Below, one piece after another: positions 1 through 13,050 of a stretch of 64,000 bases of DNA (within the stretch, counting starts at the first letter, position 1; every line of letters begins with the position of its first letter). Source of the stretch: Macrostomum hystrix (taxonomy: Eukaryota > Animalia > Platyhelminthes); the NCBI GenBank assembly GCA_950097015.1, contig CATNEN010000007.1:4526001-4590000 (forward strand). Reading direction: 5' to 3'. The position numbers and the translations under genes were made by a program. The notes beneath the pieces are model-generated. The model was not told the origin of the DNA and did no database searches. It worked only from the letters and a program-made list of their open reading frames with translations.

Positions 1-322
1 AGTGAGGATGTCAGCTGCTGGGTGTCAGTGAGATGTCAGCTGTGGGGTGTCAGTGAGGATGTCAGCTGCTGGGTGTCAGTGAGATGTCAGCTGTGGGGTG
101 TCAGTGAGGATGTCAGCTGCTGGGTGTCAGTGAGGATGTCAGCTGCTGGGTGTCAGTGAGTATGTCAGCTGCTGGGTGTCAGTGAGTATGTCAGCTGTGG
201 GGTGTCAGTGAGGATGTCAGCTGCTGGGTGTCAGTGAGTATGTCAGCTGTGGGGTGTCAGTGAGGATGCCAGCTGCTGGGTGTCAGTGAGGATGTCAGCT
301 GCTGGGTGTCAGTGAGGATGCC
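1..322. repeat. Minisatellite, 25-26 bp unit (GTCAGTGAGGATGTCAGCTGCTGGGT)
   Basis: About 12 tandem copies read directly; the array runs off the left edge of the window. Confidence 0.95.
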
Positions 323-1194
323 AGCAGAAAATCGGAAGCTCTGATTTTGAAGCGCAGACTAATTTAGACGTACCATTGTGAAATTCAGGGCACCGGTGTA
401 TGCACTTTAGCCACCCAGTAGGAGAATAAAGACGAGCAGAGTCAATCTCGGCATTGCTGTTTCTGCTGTCTGCAACACTCGCCTGAAATATGAAAGCACG
501 CGGACTGTTCTTGCATTTTCAAGTTTTTGAAAATTTCTTCAGCCGCATCAATCAATCAATGCTTTTCGATCCGCCGACATCAACACGGGTTGCGGCGGGA
601 AGTAAAATGGCTTTCCATCTTAACCAGCCACTGTTACCCTCAAATAGAAGCTTCTTAGCGAGAAAACTCCAATTTTCACAATTTTCTACTTTGTTAAATG
701 TATTTAGGAGATAGACAGCGGAGATTGCGGAGGCATGAGAGTTACACTCGGGGGTGGGGGAAGAGGCCGAGAGTAGAGGAGAAAGCTGGAGAGCAGAGTT
801 AGCGCCGGCGGAGGTAAGTACTTGCAGTGCTTGGCTGAGTCGCTGATTGCCAGATCGACAAGAAAACCGAGCCAGCAGTCCCACATCCCCCAAGTGCTTC
901 AATTTCCTTTGCCGGAGGAGTGGCCACTGCGTTTGGGTGGAATGGGGTCTTTTGGTTCTCCCCAATCTACCCAGGTACTGGGATGCCGAATGCCACTTTT
1001 CACTCCCGCTGGCTTGAATCGCCTTTGTCCATTCTGACAGTTGGCCATGAACCCAGTTTTTTATTTCAGTGTTTATCCTACAACTCAATCAAAACCTTCA
1101 CGGCCCCATAAAACCTTTGACTTCACAAGCAACTCACAGCTCATGTCAATCGAAATCTTTAATGTTGTTTGCCAACTCAGATTTTGGTTTGCAA

Positions 1195-1390
1195 TCCCAA
1201 TCTGCCCCAGTAAATCCCAATTTACCCCAGTAATAATCCCAATCTACCCCAGTTAATCCCAATCTGTCCCAGTAAATCCCAATATACCCCAGTAATAATC
1301 CCAATCTACCCCAGTTAATCCCAATCTACCCCAGTTAATCCCAATCTACCCCAGTTAATCCCTATCTTCCCCAGTTAATCCCTATCTTCA
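1195..1390. repeat. Minisatellite, ~20 bp unit (AATCCCAATCTACCCCAGTT)
   Basis: Degenerate tandem copies visible. Confidence 0.9.
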
Positions 1391-2100
1391 CACTCTAACC
1401 GAATCCACCCTAGCATACCAATCCACTATTACCGACCCAAATCTAATCCAAATCCCTATTTACTTGCTGACAGATTAAGGCACAGATTTTCCCTGACCAA
1501 GATCCTCATCGCCAGTTACTTCCCCAGAAATCCCTGGCGCTAACAGACGCTCGCATGGTCCGAAAGCTTCACAAAACCTCCGGCTGAAATTGAATCCCAA
1601 ACTCACAGCATTGTCCGCCCAGATTCGGTCTAGCTGAGTAGTGAGTTCACTGTGGAATCTCATTAACGATAATCAGTTCAGCCTGATCAGGCATCGATTG
1701 CATAACCAGCATCTCTCCGCTGCTACCCCCCGCGATCGGCTCCTGGCCGAGTTGTGTTTATGACCGCATCGATTGGGAATCCCATCTCCCTGACAACTTG
1801 TGGAATCCCCTCATGCCGCCTGCCGCCGCCGCCTCTGCTGCTGTTGCTGATTGAAGAGCCTTTTACTTGCGCGTGGGACAGAGTGGGGTGTTTGAAGAGG
1901 CCAGACGGTCGCACGCGATCTCCCACAGTAGCCTCTGTTGCGCGTGATACTGCGCCGCACGAGAGCTGCGTCATCCTGTTTGTGCTCTCATGCCCCGGCC
2001 GCGGGGTCGGCTCTGTGAGCCCGATGTGCTCAGAGATGCACCGACGGCTGGGATTTCCTAGGTCTAGATAAGAGAAGCCTTGCTGGAGAACACTGGGTGG

Positions 2101-3421
2101 AATAGAGAGTGAGATTAGATGGAACAGAGAGTGAGATTAGATGGAACAGAGAGTGAGATTAGATGGAACAGAGAGTGAGATTAGATGGAACAGAGAGTGA
2201 GATTAGATGGAACAGAGAGTGAGATTAGATGGAACAGAGAGTGAGATTAGATGGAACAGAGAGTGAGATTAGATGGAACAGAGAGTGAGATTAGATGGAA
2301 CAGAGAGTGAGACTAAATGGAACAGAAAGATTAGATGGAACAGAGAGTGAGATTAGATGGAACAGAGAATGAGATTAATAGAATAGAGAGTGAGATTAGA
2401 TGGAACAGAGAATGAGATTAATAGAATAGAGAGTGAGATTAGATGGAACAGAGAGTGAGACTAAATGGAATAGAGAGTGAGATTAGGATGGAACAGAAAG
2501 ATTAGATGGAACAGAGATTGAGATTAGATGGAACAGAGAGTGAGATTAGATGGAACAGAGAGTGAGATTAGATGGAATAGAGAGTGAGATTAGATGGAAC
2601 AGAGAGTGAGATTAGATGGAACAGAGAGTGAGATTAGATGGAACAGAGAGTGAGACTAAATGGAACAGAAAGATTAGATGGAACAGAGAGTGAGATTAGA
2701 TGGAACAGAGAATGACATTAATAGAATAGAGAGTGAGATTAGATGGAACAGAGAATGAGATTAATAGAATAGAGAGTGAGATTAGATGGAACAGAGAGTG
2801 AGACTAAATGGAATAGAGAGTGAGATTAGGATGGAACAGAAAGATTAGATGGAACAGAGATTGAGATTAGATGGAACAGAGAGTGAGATTTGATGGAATA
2901 GAGAGTGAGATTAGATGGAACAGAGAGTGAGATTAGATGGAATAGAGAGTGAGATTATATGGAACAGAGAGTGAGATTAGATGGAACAGAGAGTGAGATT
3001 AGATGGAACAGAGAGTGAGACTAAATGGAACAGAAAGATTAGATGGAACAGAGAGTGAGATTAGATGGAACAGAGAGTGAGATTAGATGGAACAGAGAGT
3101 GAGATTAGATGGAACAGAGAGTGAGATTAGATGGAACAGAGAGTGAGACTAAATGGAACAGAAAGATTAGATGGAACAGAGAGTGAGATTAGATGGAACA
3201 GAGAGTGAGATTAGATGGAACAGAGAGTGAGATTAGGATGGAACAGAGAGTGAGATTAGATGGAACAGAGAGTGAGATTAGGATGGAACAGAGAGTGAGA
3301 TTAGATGGAACAGAGAGTGAGATTAGGATGGAACAGAGAGTGAGATTAGATGGAACAGAGAGTGAGATTAGGATGGAACAGAGAGTGAGATTAGGATGGA
3401 ACAGAGAGTGAGATTAGATGG
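2101..3421. repeat. Minisatellite, 22 bp unit (GAGAGTGAGATTAGATGGAACA)
   Basis: About 60 copies; explains ORF 3193-3411. Confidence 0.97.
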
Positions 3422-3688
3422 AACCAGTGACAGTAGCAGCGATTGAAACTCAAAACTTCGTCCTATACTCAATTTCAGACTCCAGCTCACTGCTCAGCTG
3501 ATCAACTCGGTGGATCTCGCTAAGGTGAGTGGCTTCCATTCCATAGCATTCTAATGCTAATGTTTTGTAATTTCACTTTCGTCAGTCGCTACTGCCAGTA
3601 ATGTGGCATATTTAGTATTTGAAGGGAGATTTTACAAAAAAGCATCTACCTATATGCTAACTTATATGCTACTAGAGAGCTATGAGAA

Positions 3689-5246
3689 AATGACAGCCTG
3701 ACAGAATGACAGCCTGACAGAATGACAGCCTGACAGAATGACAGCCTGACAGAATGACAGCCTGACAGAATGGCAGCCTGACAGAATGGCAGCCTGACAG
3801 AATGACAGCCTGACAGAATGGCAGCCTGACAGAATGACAGCCTGACAGAATGACAGCCTGACAGAATGGCAGCCTGACAGAATGGCAGCCTGACAGAATG
3901 ACAGCCTGACAGAATGGCAGCCTGACAGAATGACAGCCTGACAGAATGGCAGCCTGACAGAATGACAGCCTGACAGAATGACAGCCTGACAGAATGACAG
4001 CCTGACAGAATGACAGCCTGACAGAATGACAGCCTGACAGAATGGCAGCCTGACAGAATGGCAGCCTGACAGAATGACAGCCTGACAGAATGGCAGCCTG
4101 ACAGAATGACAGCCTGACAGAATGACGGCCTGACAGAATGGCAGCCTGACAGAATGACAGCCTGACAGAATGGCAGCCTGACAGAATGACGGCCTGACAG
4201 AATGACAGCCTGACAGAATGACAGCCTGACAGAATGGCAGCCTGACAGAATGGTAGCCTGACAGAATGGCAGCCTGACAGAATGACAGCCTGACAGAATG
4301 GCAGCCTGACAGAATGACAGCCTGACAGAATGGCAGCCTGACAGAATGGCAGCCTGACAGAATGGCAGCCTGACAGAATGGCAGCCTGACAGAATGGCAG
4401 CCTGACAGAATGACAGCCTGACAGAATGGCAGCCTGACAGAATGACAGCCTGACAGAATGACGGCCTGACAGAATGGCAGCCTGACAGAATGACAGCCTG
4501 ACAGAATGACAGCCTGACAGAATGGCAGCCTGACAGAATGGCAGCCTGACAGAATGACAGCCTGACAGAATGGCAGCCTGACAGAATGACAGCCTGACAG
4601 AATGACAGCCTGACAGAATGGCAGCCTGACAGAATGGCAGCCTGACAGAATGACAGCCTGACAGAATGACGGCCTGACAGAATGACAGCCTGACAGAATG
4701 ACAGCCTGACAGAATGGCAGCCTGACAGAATGGTAGCCTGACAGAATGGCAGCCTGACAGAATGACAGCCTGACAGAATGGCAGCCTGACAGAATGACAG
4801 CCTGACAGAATGGCAGCCTGACAGAATGGCAGCCTGACAGAATGGCAGCCTGACAGAATGGCAGCCTGACAGAATGGCAGCCTGACAGAATGACAGCCTG
4901 ACAGAATGGCAGCCTGACAGAATGACAGCCTGACAGAATGACGGCCTGACAGAATGGCAGCCTGACAGAATGACAGCCTGACAGAATGACAGCCTGACAG
5001 AATGGCAGCCTGACAGAATGGCAGCCTGACAGAATGACAGCCTGACAGAATGGCAGCCTGACAGAATGACAGCCTGACAGAATGACAGCCTGACAGAATG
5101 GCAGCCTGACAGAATGGCAGCCTGACAGAATGACAGCCTGACAGAATGACAGCCTGACAGAATGACAGCCTGACAGAATGGCAGCCTGACAGAATGACAG
5201 CCTGACAGAATGACAGCCTGACAGAATGGTAGCCTGACAGAATGAC
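3689..5246. repeat. Minisatellite, 16 bp unit (TGACAGCCTGACAGAA / TGGCAGCCTGACAGAA) with ~480 bp higher-order period
   Basis: About 97 copies; rare variant TGGTAG at 4251, 4731 and 5227; explains ORFs 3672-5261 and 3680-5248. Confidence 0.97.
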
Positions 5247-7057
5247 AATAAGTCTCAGCAAACTGAGAATTCGATGTCGCTTTTTCTGCTGTCAGATTTC
5301 ACAGCGGATGGACAGCAGCGAATCGAATTTCGCTGAGACTTTGCAGAGTATAAAACAAGGGATTTTTTTAATCCGTTTATTTTCATCTCCATCTGTCAGG
5401 CCTTCATATTCAGGTAAAAATTGAAATCCATCACGACATGAGGAGGCCGGGCTGGGTGGCACGGGATCCGTGTGTTGAGGATAAATCTGAATGGCTCGAT
5501 GGGATCCAGTCCCACACGTGAGGGGATATTTGAGACCGAGGGGCGGCGGCCTCACCGCCGCACGTGACCGGCTTCCGATCTCGCCCGGACCTGCCTTACG
5601 CCGAAATCCCCAAAGAAATGCCAGAAGCCAGTAGAGTCCCCGCCACCTGCTTGCCTCTCCTGACTGACGGGTGGCTTTGCCGGGATGATTAATTAGCAGG
5701 TTTGGCGGCTCGCTGCAATTAGGCCGGCGACGCGACATGAAGGATAAAAAACAACAAACTCGGCGCAAATTCAGGCTGAATTTCGGATGCGAACAATTTT
5801 TCATTGCGGCGTGAAATTCGGCCGCTGCCTTTAATCTCCGAGGCCCCTGTTTATAGCCCGGGCGAATGGAAACTGCTCCACCGCGGGAACGAAAGTGATA
5901 AAATAGGGATTCGGCGGAGGGGAAAAATGAATGAATATGCATGCGGAGAGTCCGCCAGGGGACAAGTTTGAGCTGGGATCCTGGCGAGTCGCTTTTTCTC
6001 CTCATTGACTGGCGAAGAAATGAATTTCCTATCAGTGGATATTTTCGGGACTCGCCCTGGGGACGGGAGGAGGGTTCCACAGGGATGGTGGCAGGGGGAT
6101 ATTCAAATGCGGCCCCGCTGCCTGCTTGCTATTACTTCCGCCCATCTTTGATCTGCCTGGGTCCCAACCCGATCAGGCCCCGAGTCTCTCATTCTGCAGA
6201 ACTCGAGCCGGCGATGCGATAAAAATAGACTCAACTAGGGCGAAAACTGAGGGGGAAACTGGGCTAGAGTGGGGAGAAAATGAAAGAGGCCGGCCGCACT
6301 AAATGGGGGAGATTTTGTTCTGGGAAAATGGTAAGAAATCTCTGAGCATTAGCGGGCCGCACTCACTGGCGAGCGAGTCGGCCGCAGGCTCAGCTCCGCT
6401 GCTCTCCCCCTCCCCTCCTCCCCTCCTACTCAGCGGCTCCCCGGGGAGTCCCCTGAGTACAGTGGCGCCGGCAGCTTGGGAATTTGGAATTTGAGAACAC
6501 TGACCCCCACCCTGCTTCTGCTGCCGCCCCTGCTCTTCGCCCTTCTCTCTTTCGGTCTTTCGTTTCCCTTTCTTCTTTTTCTTCTCTCCCCCGCCCCTCC
6601 TGCTGCTGTCTTAGAATCCCGGCCATTTTGTCTCCGGCCATGGGAGCAGGCGGGAGCTCACGGGAGAACAGGAGGGTGGGATCTGGGGATTGTGGGGAGT
6701 GCGGGAGCGCGGAAAAGGGCGCGGCAGCTCTGCGGGAGGGGATCCGGGGGCGGTGGGGACTGTGGCAAAATTGTCCTGAGCTGAACTGCCCGGGGAGTCA
6801 GCACGGGTGGCAGCGGGCGAAGGGAAGGGAAAAGCTGAGGGGGAAAATAAAAAAGAGACACAGCGAGAAAAAGCGCCTGGGCTCTCTCCTCCAATCAGTC
6901 CGAGGCGTGTTGCCCTGTCCGCCCCAGCCGTGTCCGATGATTTCTTCCCAGCCCGGGCTCCACTCCCTCTCCCCTTCCCCTTTCCCTGGTCCAAAAGTCC
7001 CCTGGCTAGAAAAGCATTGCGGCTGATGCGGACTTGCGGGTTCGCAGCAAATTCTTT

Positions 7058-7088
7058 GACAGCAGCAGCAGCAGCAGCAGCAGCAGCA
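7058..7088 (+). repeat. (CAG)n microsatellite ~100 nt upstream of the innexin A start
   Basis: About 10 CAG units. Confidence 0.9.
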
Positions 7089-7191
7089 CACACAGTCGCT
7101 GAGAAGGTGACATGATGCAGTGCTGCACTAGAAGTACACGCAGCTAAGCCCGGCAGCAACTCTACCAAGGAGCAAGGAGCAACTCGCCGAC

Positions 7192-10100
7192 ATGACACGG
7201 GGCGGCATGATGGACGCCGGCTTCGTGCTGAAGCTCGGCCGCATCTTCAGGACACCCTACGGCGGCCACGGAGTGGACTTCGTGGACCAGCTGAACTATC
7301 AGTTCACGGGCGGACTCATGACCATGTTCATAGCCATCATCGGCCTGCGCCAGTATGTTGGTGAGTTCCCCGCTCTTCTGCCCATAAAAACAAATTTGAT
7401 GCATCGACTAGTTTGATTTCAGTCGCTAGGCAGCGCCAGCTTTTCATCTCGTGTCTCTCTCGCTCTCTCTATTTTTTTCATTTCATTTCGTCTTCAGCCC
7501 ATTGCATGAGGCTCTTAAGTGCAAGCCCTGTCCACCTCCCGCCTCTCCTCACCTCGGGGTCCTATGCGTGTGCGAGGGGATATTCGAGGAGTCGAGAGCC
7601 AGCGCCCGCCCCCCTCCGCGCAGCCGGGTGCATTAATTTGCGCGCTGAGATCGCAGGAAGCCGAGGGAAGTTTGGCGCTCCCCAACCCAGGGGCAGTGGG
7701 ATCTGATTGAAGGGTCAAAAAACTACCTAGGGCTGAGGACGCGGACGCTTACAATGCTCGCAGAGTGAGAAGGAGGGCGGGATGAGATCTCGAGAGAGGC
7801 TAGTCTCGGAGTGATTGAGCAGCTTTCGACTGAGAGCAGAAATACAGGCCATGTGTTCCTCATAGTTTCCTAGAAATAGCTTTCCTAGAAAAAGCCATTG
7901 CGGGCCAGCAGGAAAAAAGGTGCAAATGCTAGGCGGATTCTGGAAGGCAGAGGAGCCGAGGCAGATCAGAAAGCAGGGTAGGCGGCTGATTCACCGCCCT
8001 CATCTTACTTAGATGGATGAGGCAATTTTACTGCTGCCCGGGGCCAGGCTAGACCCAAACCTCCTCCCCTCCTGTTTAACCTGCTCCGGTGTCGGTCTGA
8101 AAAATTGATGGCCCAATTGAATTCACAGCGACACAATGAATTTGCCTGCACTGGCCTGGCTTTAGCGGCTGGTGGAAAATTTGCCTTTTCGCTGCAACAC
8201 ACACAACACTCACACACACCCCAAACACCCACACTCACACACACCCCAAACACCCCACACTCACACACACCCCAAACACCCACACTCACACACACATACA
8301 TAGGACAGCATTTCTAAGTCTGGATGTGCGTGGGAAGGCGTACATATGATTCCCCTACCAACCTGAACTAACTGTACTCCAATTAACCTTTCAGTTTGTT
8401 AGGTCGGGCCTGCACCACAGAAGTCAGGACGTCAGAATGTTTTTCCAGACTTCTTTGGTTAGAATCAGGGAAGGATCAGAGAGACCCAAATCACTTCTTT
8501 GGGAGGGTCAGAAAGAGCTGGCGCTAAACCTCATATAATTTCATTTTAAACAGTGGGAGAACTGACAGCATTCCACTCCCAAATCCCATAGCAGAACTGA
8601 CAGCATTCCACTCCCAAATCCCATAGCAGAACTGACAGCATTCCACTCCCAAATCCCATAGCAGAACTGACAGCATTCCACTCCCAAATCCCACAGCAGA
8701 ACTGACAGCATTCCACTCCCAAATCCCACAGTACAACTGACAGCATTCCACTCCCAAATCCCACAGCAGAACTGACAGCATTCCACTCCCAAATCCCACA
8801 GCAGAACTGACAGCATTCCACTCCCAAATCCCACAGCAGAACTGACAGCATTCCACTCCCAAATCCCACAGCAGAACTGACACCATTCCACTCCCAAATC
8901 CCACAGCAGAACTGACAGCATTCCACTCTCAAATCCCACAGCAGAACTGACAGCATCCAAATACAAATTCCTAAATAGAAATGATCGGTTTTCACTATTA
9001 AATCCCCAAACATGATTGACAGATTCTGTTTGGGGATTTCGACGGAACTCGCAGATCCTCACAAATATCACCACTTGCCCCACAAGCTCTCGCCTCACCC
9101 GACCCCACAGGCAAGCCAATCCAGTGCTGGGTACCACAGGAGTTCTCCAAGGCGTGGGAAGACTTCGCCGAGAACTACTGCTGGGTGTCCAGCACGTACT
9201 TCCTGTCGCCAGACGATGAGATTCCGGTGCGGAAGGACCAGCTGGCGAGCAGGCAATTCCTGACCTATTATCAGTGGGTGGCCATTGTTCTGGCCGGGCA
9301 GGCAATGCTGACCTGGGTGCCGCACCTGGTCTGGCGTGTCGGCGCCCGCCGCCTGCCAGTGCTGATCAAGAGCGCCCGCAATGCCTCCATACCGGACAAT
9401 GAGCTGCGCCGGAAGGCCGTCCAGTGCCTGGTGGCGGCACTGGAGGAGCAGGCCGAAGCCGCTAACAGGCATCGCCGAGTCCGGAACACCGTCGAGAAGT
9501 TTCTGTTCTGCTGCGGCCCGAACATCCGCCTGACGCTGCTGTTCCTGCTGGTCCGGCTGATGTTCATCGGCAATGCCATCGGGCAGGTGTTCCTCATGCG
9601 CAGCTTCCTTGGCAACAAGTCGCTGCTCTTCGGCTACGAGGTGCTGAAGAACCTCATCAACGGCGTCGACTGGCAGGAGTCCGGGAATTTCCCCAGGGTC
9701 ACCTTCTGCAACATCCCGAAGAGGAATCTGGGAACGAAAGGCAGCAAGCCGTGAGTGGCGATTGAATGGGGGGCCATCATTGGCAGCAAGCCGTGAGTGG
9801 CGATTGAATGGGGGGGCCATCATTTGGGCCTGCCTCAAGGCATTCTTCATCACACCTCCGCAGATAGATCTATTCAATTGGGAATTTTTTTCATGCCCAA
9901 AGGATACATTTTCTGCTTGGGCTACGACTCGAACTCCTGACCTCTGGGAAAGGAGTTCGAGTCTCTAAACACAATCCGCATTAATCTTCTCACTCTTCAT
10001 CATGTACTCTCCTGAGCATCAAATAGTCAAACACCTCATCATTCGTTATTGCCATCAAAAAACTTTTATCACCCTTCATCAAAGTTTCTCACAAGGACTA

Positions 10101-10848
10101 CAAAAATTGACTCACTAATAGTGGTCCTTGGTTTTTCACCCTTTAACACACACTCTCGCCATACATCACAATCTCACTCTTAAATACAGTCGCCCTTCAT
10201 AACATCCTCCCCTTTATCACACTCTCCCTTTCATCACACTCTCCACTTCTTTACACTCTCCACTTCATCAAACTCTTGAAATTCATCACACTCTCACCTT
10301 CATCACACTCTCACCTTCATCACACTCTCACCTTCATCACACTCTCACCTTCATCACACTCTCACCTTCATCACACTCTCACCTTCATCACACTTTGAAG
10401 CATTTTTTATCGCTCATGCAACCTCCGTCAACACCGCAGGTACACAGTGCAGTGCGTACTGCCCGTCAACCACTTCGTGGAAAAGGTGTACATCTTCCTG
10501 TGGTTCTGGTTCATCCTGCTGGCAGCGCTGACCGCCATCAACACCCTCAGCTGGACGGTGCGGACCCTGATTCCGCAGCAGCGGGTGGCCTTCATCAAGC
10601 AGTACCTGAGGGCCATGCGGCTGATCTCCAACACCGAGGAACGCGACTGCGCCAAGTTCGTGCACAACAACCTCGGCCCGGACGGCATCTTCACCCTGCA
10701 CGCCGTCTCCAACCTGGCCAGCGACCTCATCGCGCTAGACGTGGCCACCACTATGTGGAGGAACTACAGGCAGGCCAAGATCACGGGCACCGAGGAGGAC
10801 ATCAACCGGCTGCTGGAATCTGTGAACAGGGGCTCCAGCGTGGTCTGA
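7192..10848 (+). CDS. inx: Innexin A (gap junction/hemichannel protein), 3 exons: 7192-7360, 9111-9750, 10440-10848; 405 aa
   Basis: GT-AG joins give an open frame (phases 1 and 2). Innexin motifs: DFVDQLNYQFT, GKPIQCWVPQEF..ENYCWV, YYQW, FPRVTFC, YTVQCVLPVN..EKVYIFLWFWF. The alternative start at M7207 cannot be excluded. Confidence 0.95.
8556..8956. repeat. Minisatellite, 35 bp unit (GCAGAACTGACAGCATTCCACTCCCAAATCCCACA), innexin A intron 1
   Basis: About 11 copies; explains ORFs 8524-8904, 8541-9305 and 8546-9013. Confidence 0.95.
10270..10393. repeat. Minisatellite, 17 bp unit (TTCATCACACTCTCACC), near the 3' end of innexin A intron 2
   Basis: About 7 copies ending ~45 nt before the acceptor. 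Confidence 0.9.
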
Positions 10849-11844
10849 TTTCGTCAGCTGGACAGAGTTGCCAAACAACTTGTCGGATTCCGCTTTTGAA
10901 AATGCCCTCTCCGGCGCAGCTCCATCGATGTTTGAGCAGTCGACTCAAGCACTATCAAACCATAGACAAGTGCACCGAGGAGCCACAATGTACTTTTCAG
11001 CTTGTCACCCAGGCAGATACAAGTCAAAGGATTTTGCGGCGGCTGCATCCAACCAATTCTGGCCCTGCTGGTTCATCATGCGTAATTTCGTGCCCTTATC
11101 TATCGATTCCATATCTTGTTGTAACTGCATTAGTCTTCTTGGCACATCCGCTTCGAGCACTGGCACTTAGCTCCAAGGCCACGCACCGAGTTATCGCCTA
11201 TTCAACTGTAGTTTCCTATCCATTTTCTTAGATGTTATTTCGAATTAGAAAAAAATGCGTTACTTTTTAAAAAACTCGCTCGAGCTACTGCCAGTAGAGC
11301 AGTGAGACTATTTAAAGCATTTTTTGCATCACTTAAACTTCACTGACCTGATAAACTTTAGTCTCTATATATAAAATGAGACTGGATGCACTTAATCTGT
11401 CTAATCCTGCGATATTATGTTCTCTGTGACATTGTGATTTCTATGTATGTTACATATTTCTTTGTCGAGTCTCTTGGGACATCAAATTTCCCCCTTCATT
11501 GCCAGATTTGCTGCTGTCACGGATATTTATTATTTTTTTGTGATTTTTCGAAGAATTTGTAGATTCGCTGTGACTGAATGCTTGTGAGCGAGATTCCGAA
11601 TTGGAACTAGTTTTCAAGCATGCTCTTTGTTCGATTATTTATTTAACATAAAAAAATTACGACTAAAAGTGATTGGAATTCGAGAAATGTATAAAAAGCA
11701 CTTGCACCATACATACTACTTACTTTCTTAAGTAGGTAGATAAGAACGGTAAGGAAATTGGACCCTGACAGCCATTCAGTGTTCTGTGAGCACTATCCGA
11801 ATCCAAGCACAATCCTCGGTGAGGTCAAATTCCTTTGTTGAGCT

Positions 11845-12062
11845 TCACGTGCACTTCACGCTCACGAGGGGAAATCCCCAAGGCAAAATGATAGTGTATA
11901 CACTGCCTGATAATGAGAGTCAGGGGCAAGTGTACACTCACCTGCGTGAATGTGTGCCTGCGTGCGGAATCTGTGTGCGTGAGTCAACTGAACCAGCAGA
12001 ATCGCCTCCTGGCTGGCCGCGGTTCGACTGTCGCCAAATGATGTGCCATTGCTCGCAGCACC
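11845..12062 (+). mobile_element. SINE family A, 5'-truncated copy
   Basis: Aligns by eye to 62880-63082 (..ACACTGCCTGA..TGAGA..GTCAGGG..GTGTACAC..TGTCGCCAAATGATGTGCCA). Confidence 0.75.
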
Positions 12063-12065
12063 ACT

Positions 12066-13050
12066 TGGAATCCAAGGTCAATCTAACTGGAATCCAAGGT
12101 CAATCAAACTGGAATCCAAGGTCAATCCAACTGGAATCCAAGGTCAATCTAACTGGAATCCAAGGTCAATCAAACTGGAATCCAAGGTCAATCTAAATGG
12201 AATCCAAGGTCAATCCAACTGGAATCCAAGGTCAATCTAACTGGAATCAAAGCTTAATCCACTTGGAATCCAAGCTTAATCCATTTTGGAATCCAAGCTT
12301 AATCCACTTGGAATCCAAGCTTAATCCACTTGGAATCAAAGCTTAATCCACTTGGAATCAAAGCTTAATCCACTTGGAATCCAAGCTTAATCCACTTGGA
12401 ATTCAAAATTCATCCTCTTGGAATCCAAGGCCAATCTTCTTGGAATCCAAGGCCAATCTTCTTGGAATCCAAGGCCAATCTTCTTGGAATCCAAGGCCAA
12501 TCTTCTTGGAATCCAAGGTCAATCCAACTTGAATCCAAGGTCAATCCAACTGGAATCCAAGGTCAATCAAACTGGAATCCAAGGTCAATCTAAATGGAAT
12601 CCAAGGTCAATCCAACTGGAATCCAAGGTCAATCCAACTGGAATCAAAGCTTAATCCACTTGGAATCCAAGCTTAATCCATTTTGGAATCCAAGCTTAAT
12701 CCACTTGGAATCCAAGCTTAATCCACTTGGAATCCAAGCTTAATCCACTTGGAATCAAAGCTTAATCCACTTGGAATCAAAGCTTAATCCACTTGGAATC
12801 AAAGCTTAATCCACTTGGAATTCAAAGTTCATCCTCTTGGAATCCAAGGCCAATCTTCTTGGAATCCAAGGCCAATCTTCTTGGAATCCAAGGCCAATCT
12901 TCTTGGAATCCAAGGCCAATCTTCTTGGAATCCAAGGTCAATCCAACTTGAATCCAAGGTCAATCCAACTGGAATCCAAGGTCAATCCAACTTGAATCCA
13001 AGGTCAATCCAACTTGAATCCAAGGTCAATCTAACTTGAATCCATGGGAA
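12066..13050. repeat. Compound minisatellite, three related 22 bp units (GGAATCCAAGGTCAATCCAACT / GGAATCCAAGCTTAATCCACTT / GGAATCCAAGGCCAATCTTCTT)
   Basis: Blocks ordered A-B-C-A-B-C-A; explains ORFs between 11786 and 13039. Confidence 0.95.

Noticed and set aside
3672-5261. Cys-rich 529 and 522 aa ORFs
   Set aside because: Translations of the 16 bp array.
5292-7198. Several 100-260 aa ORFs upstream of innexin A
   Set aside because: Low-complexity, overlapping on both strands, no domain-like features; probably GC-rich promoter/UTR sequence.
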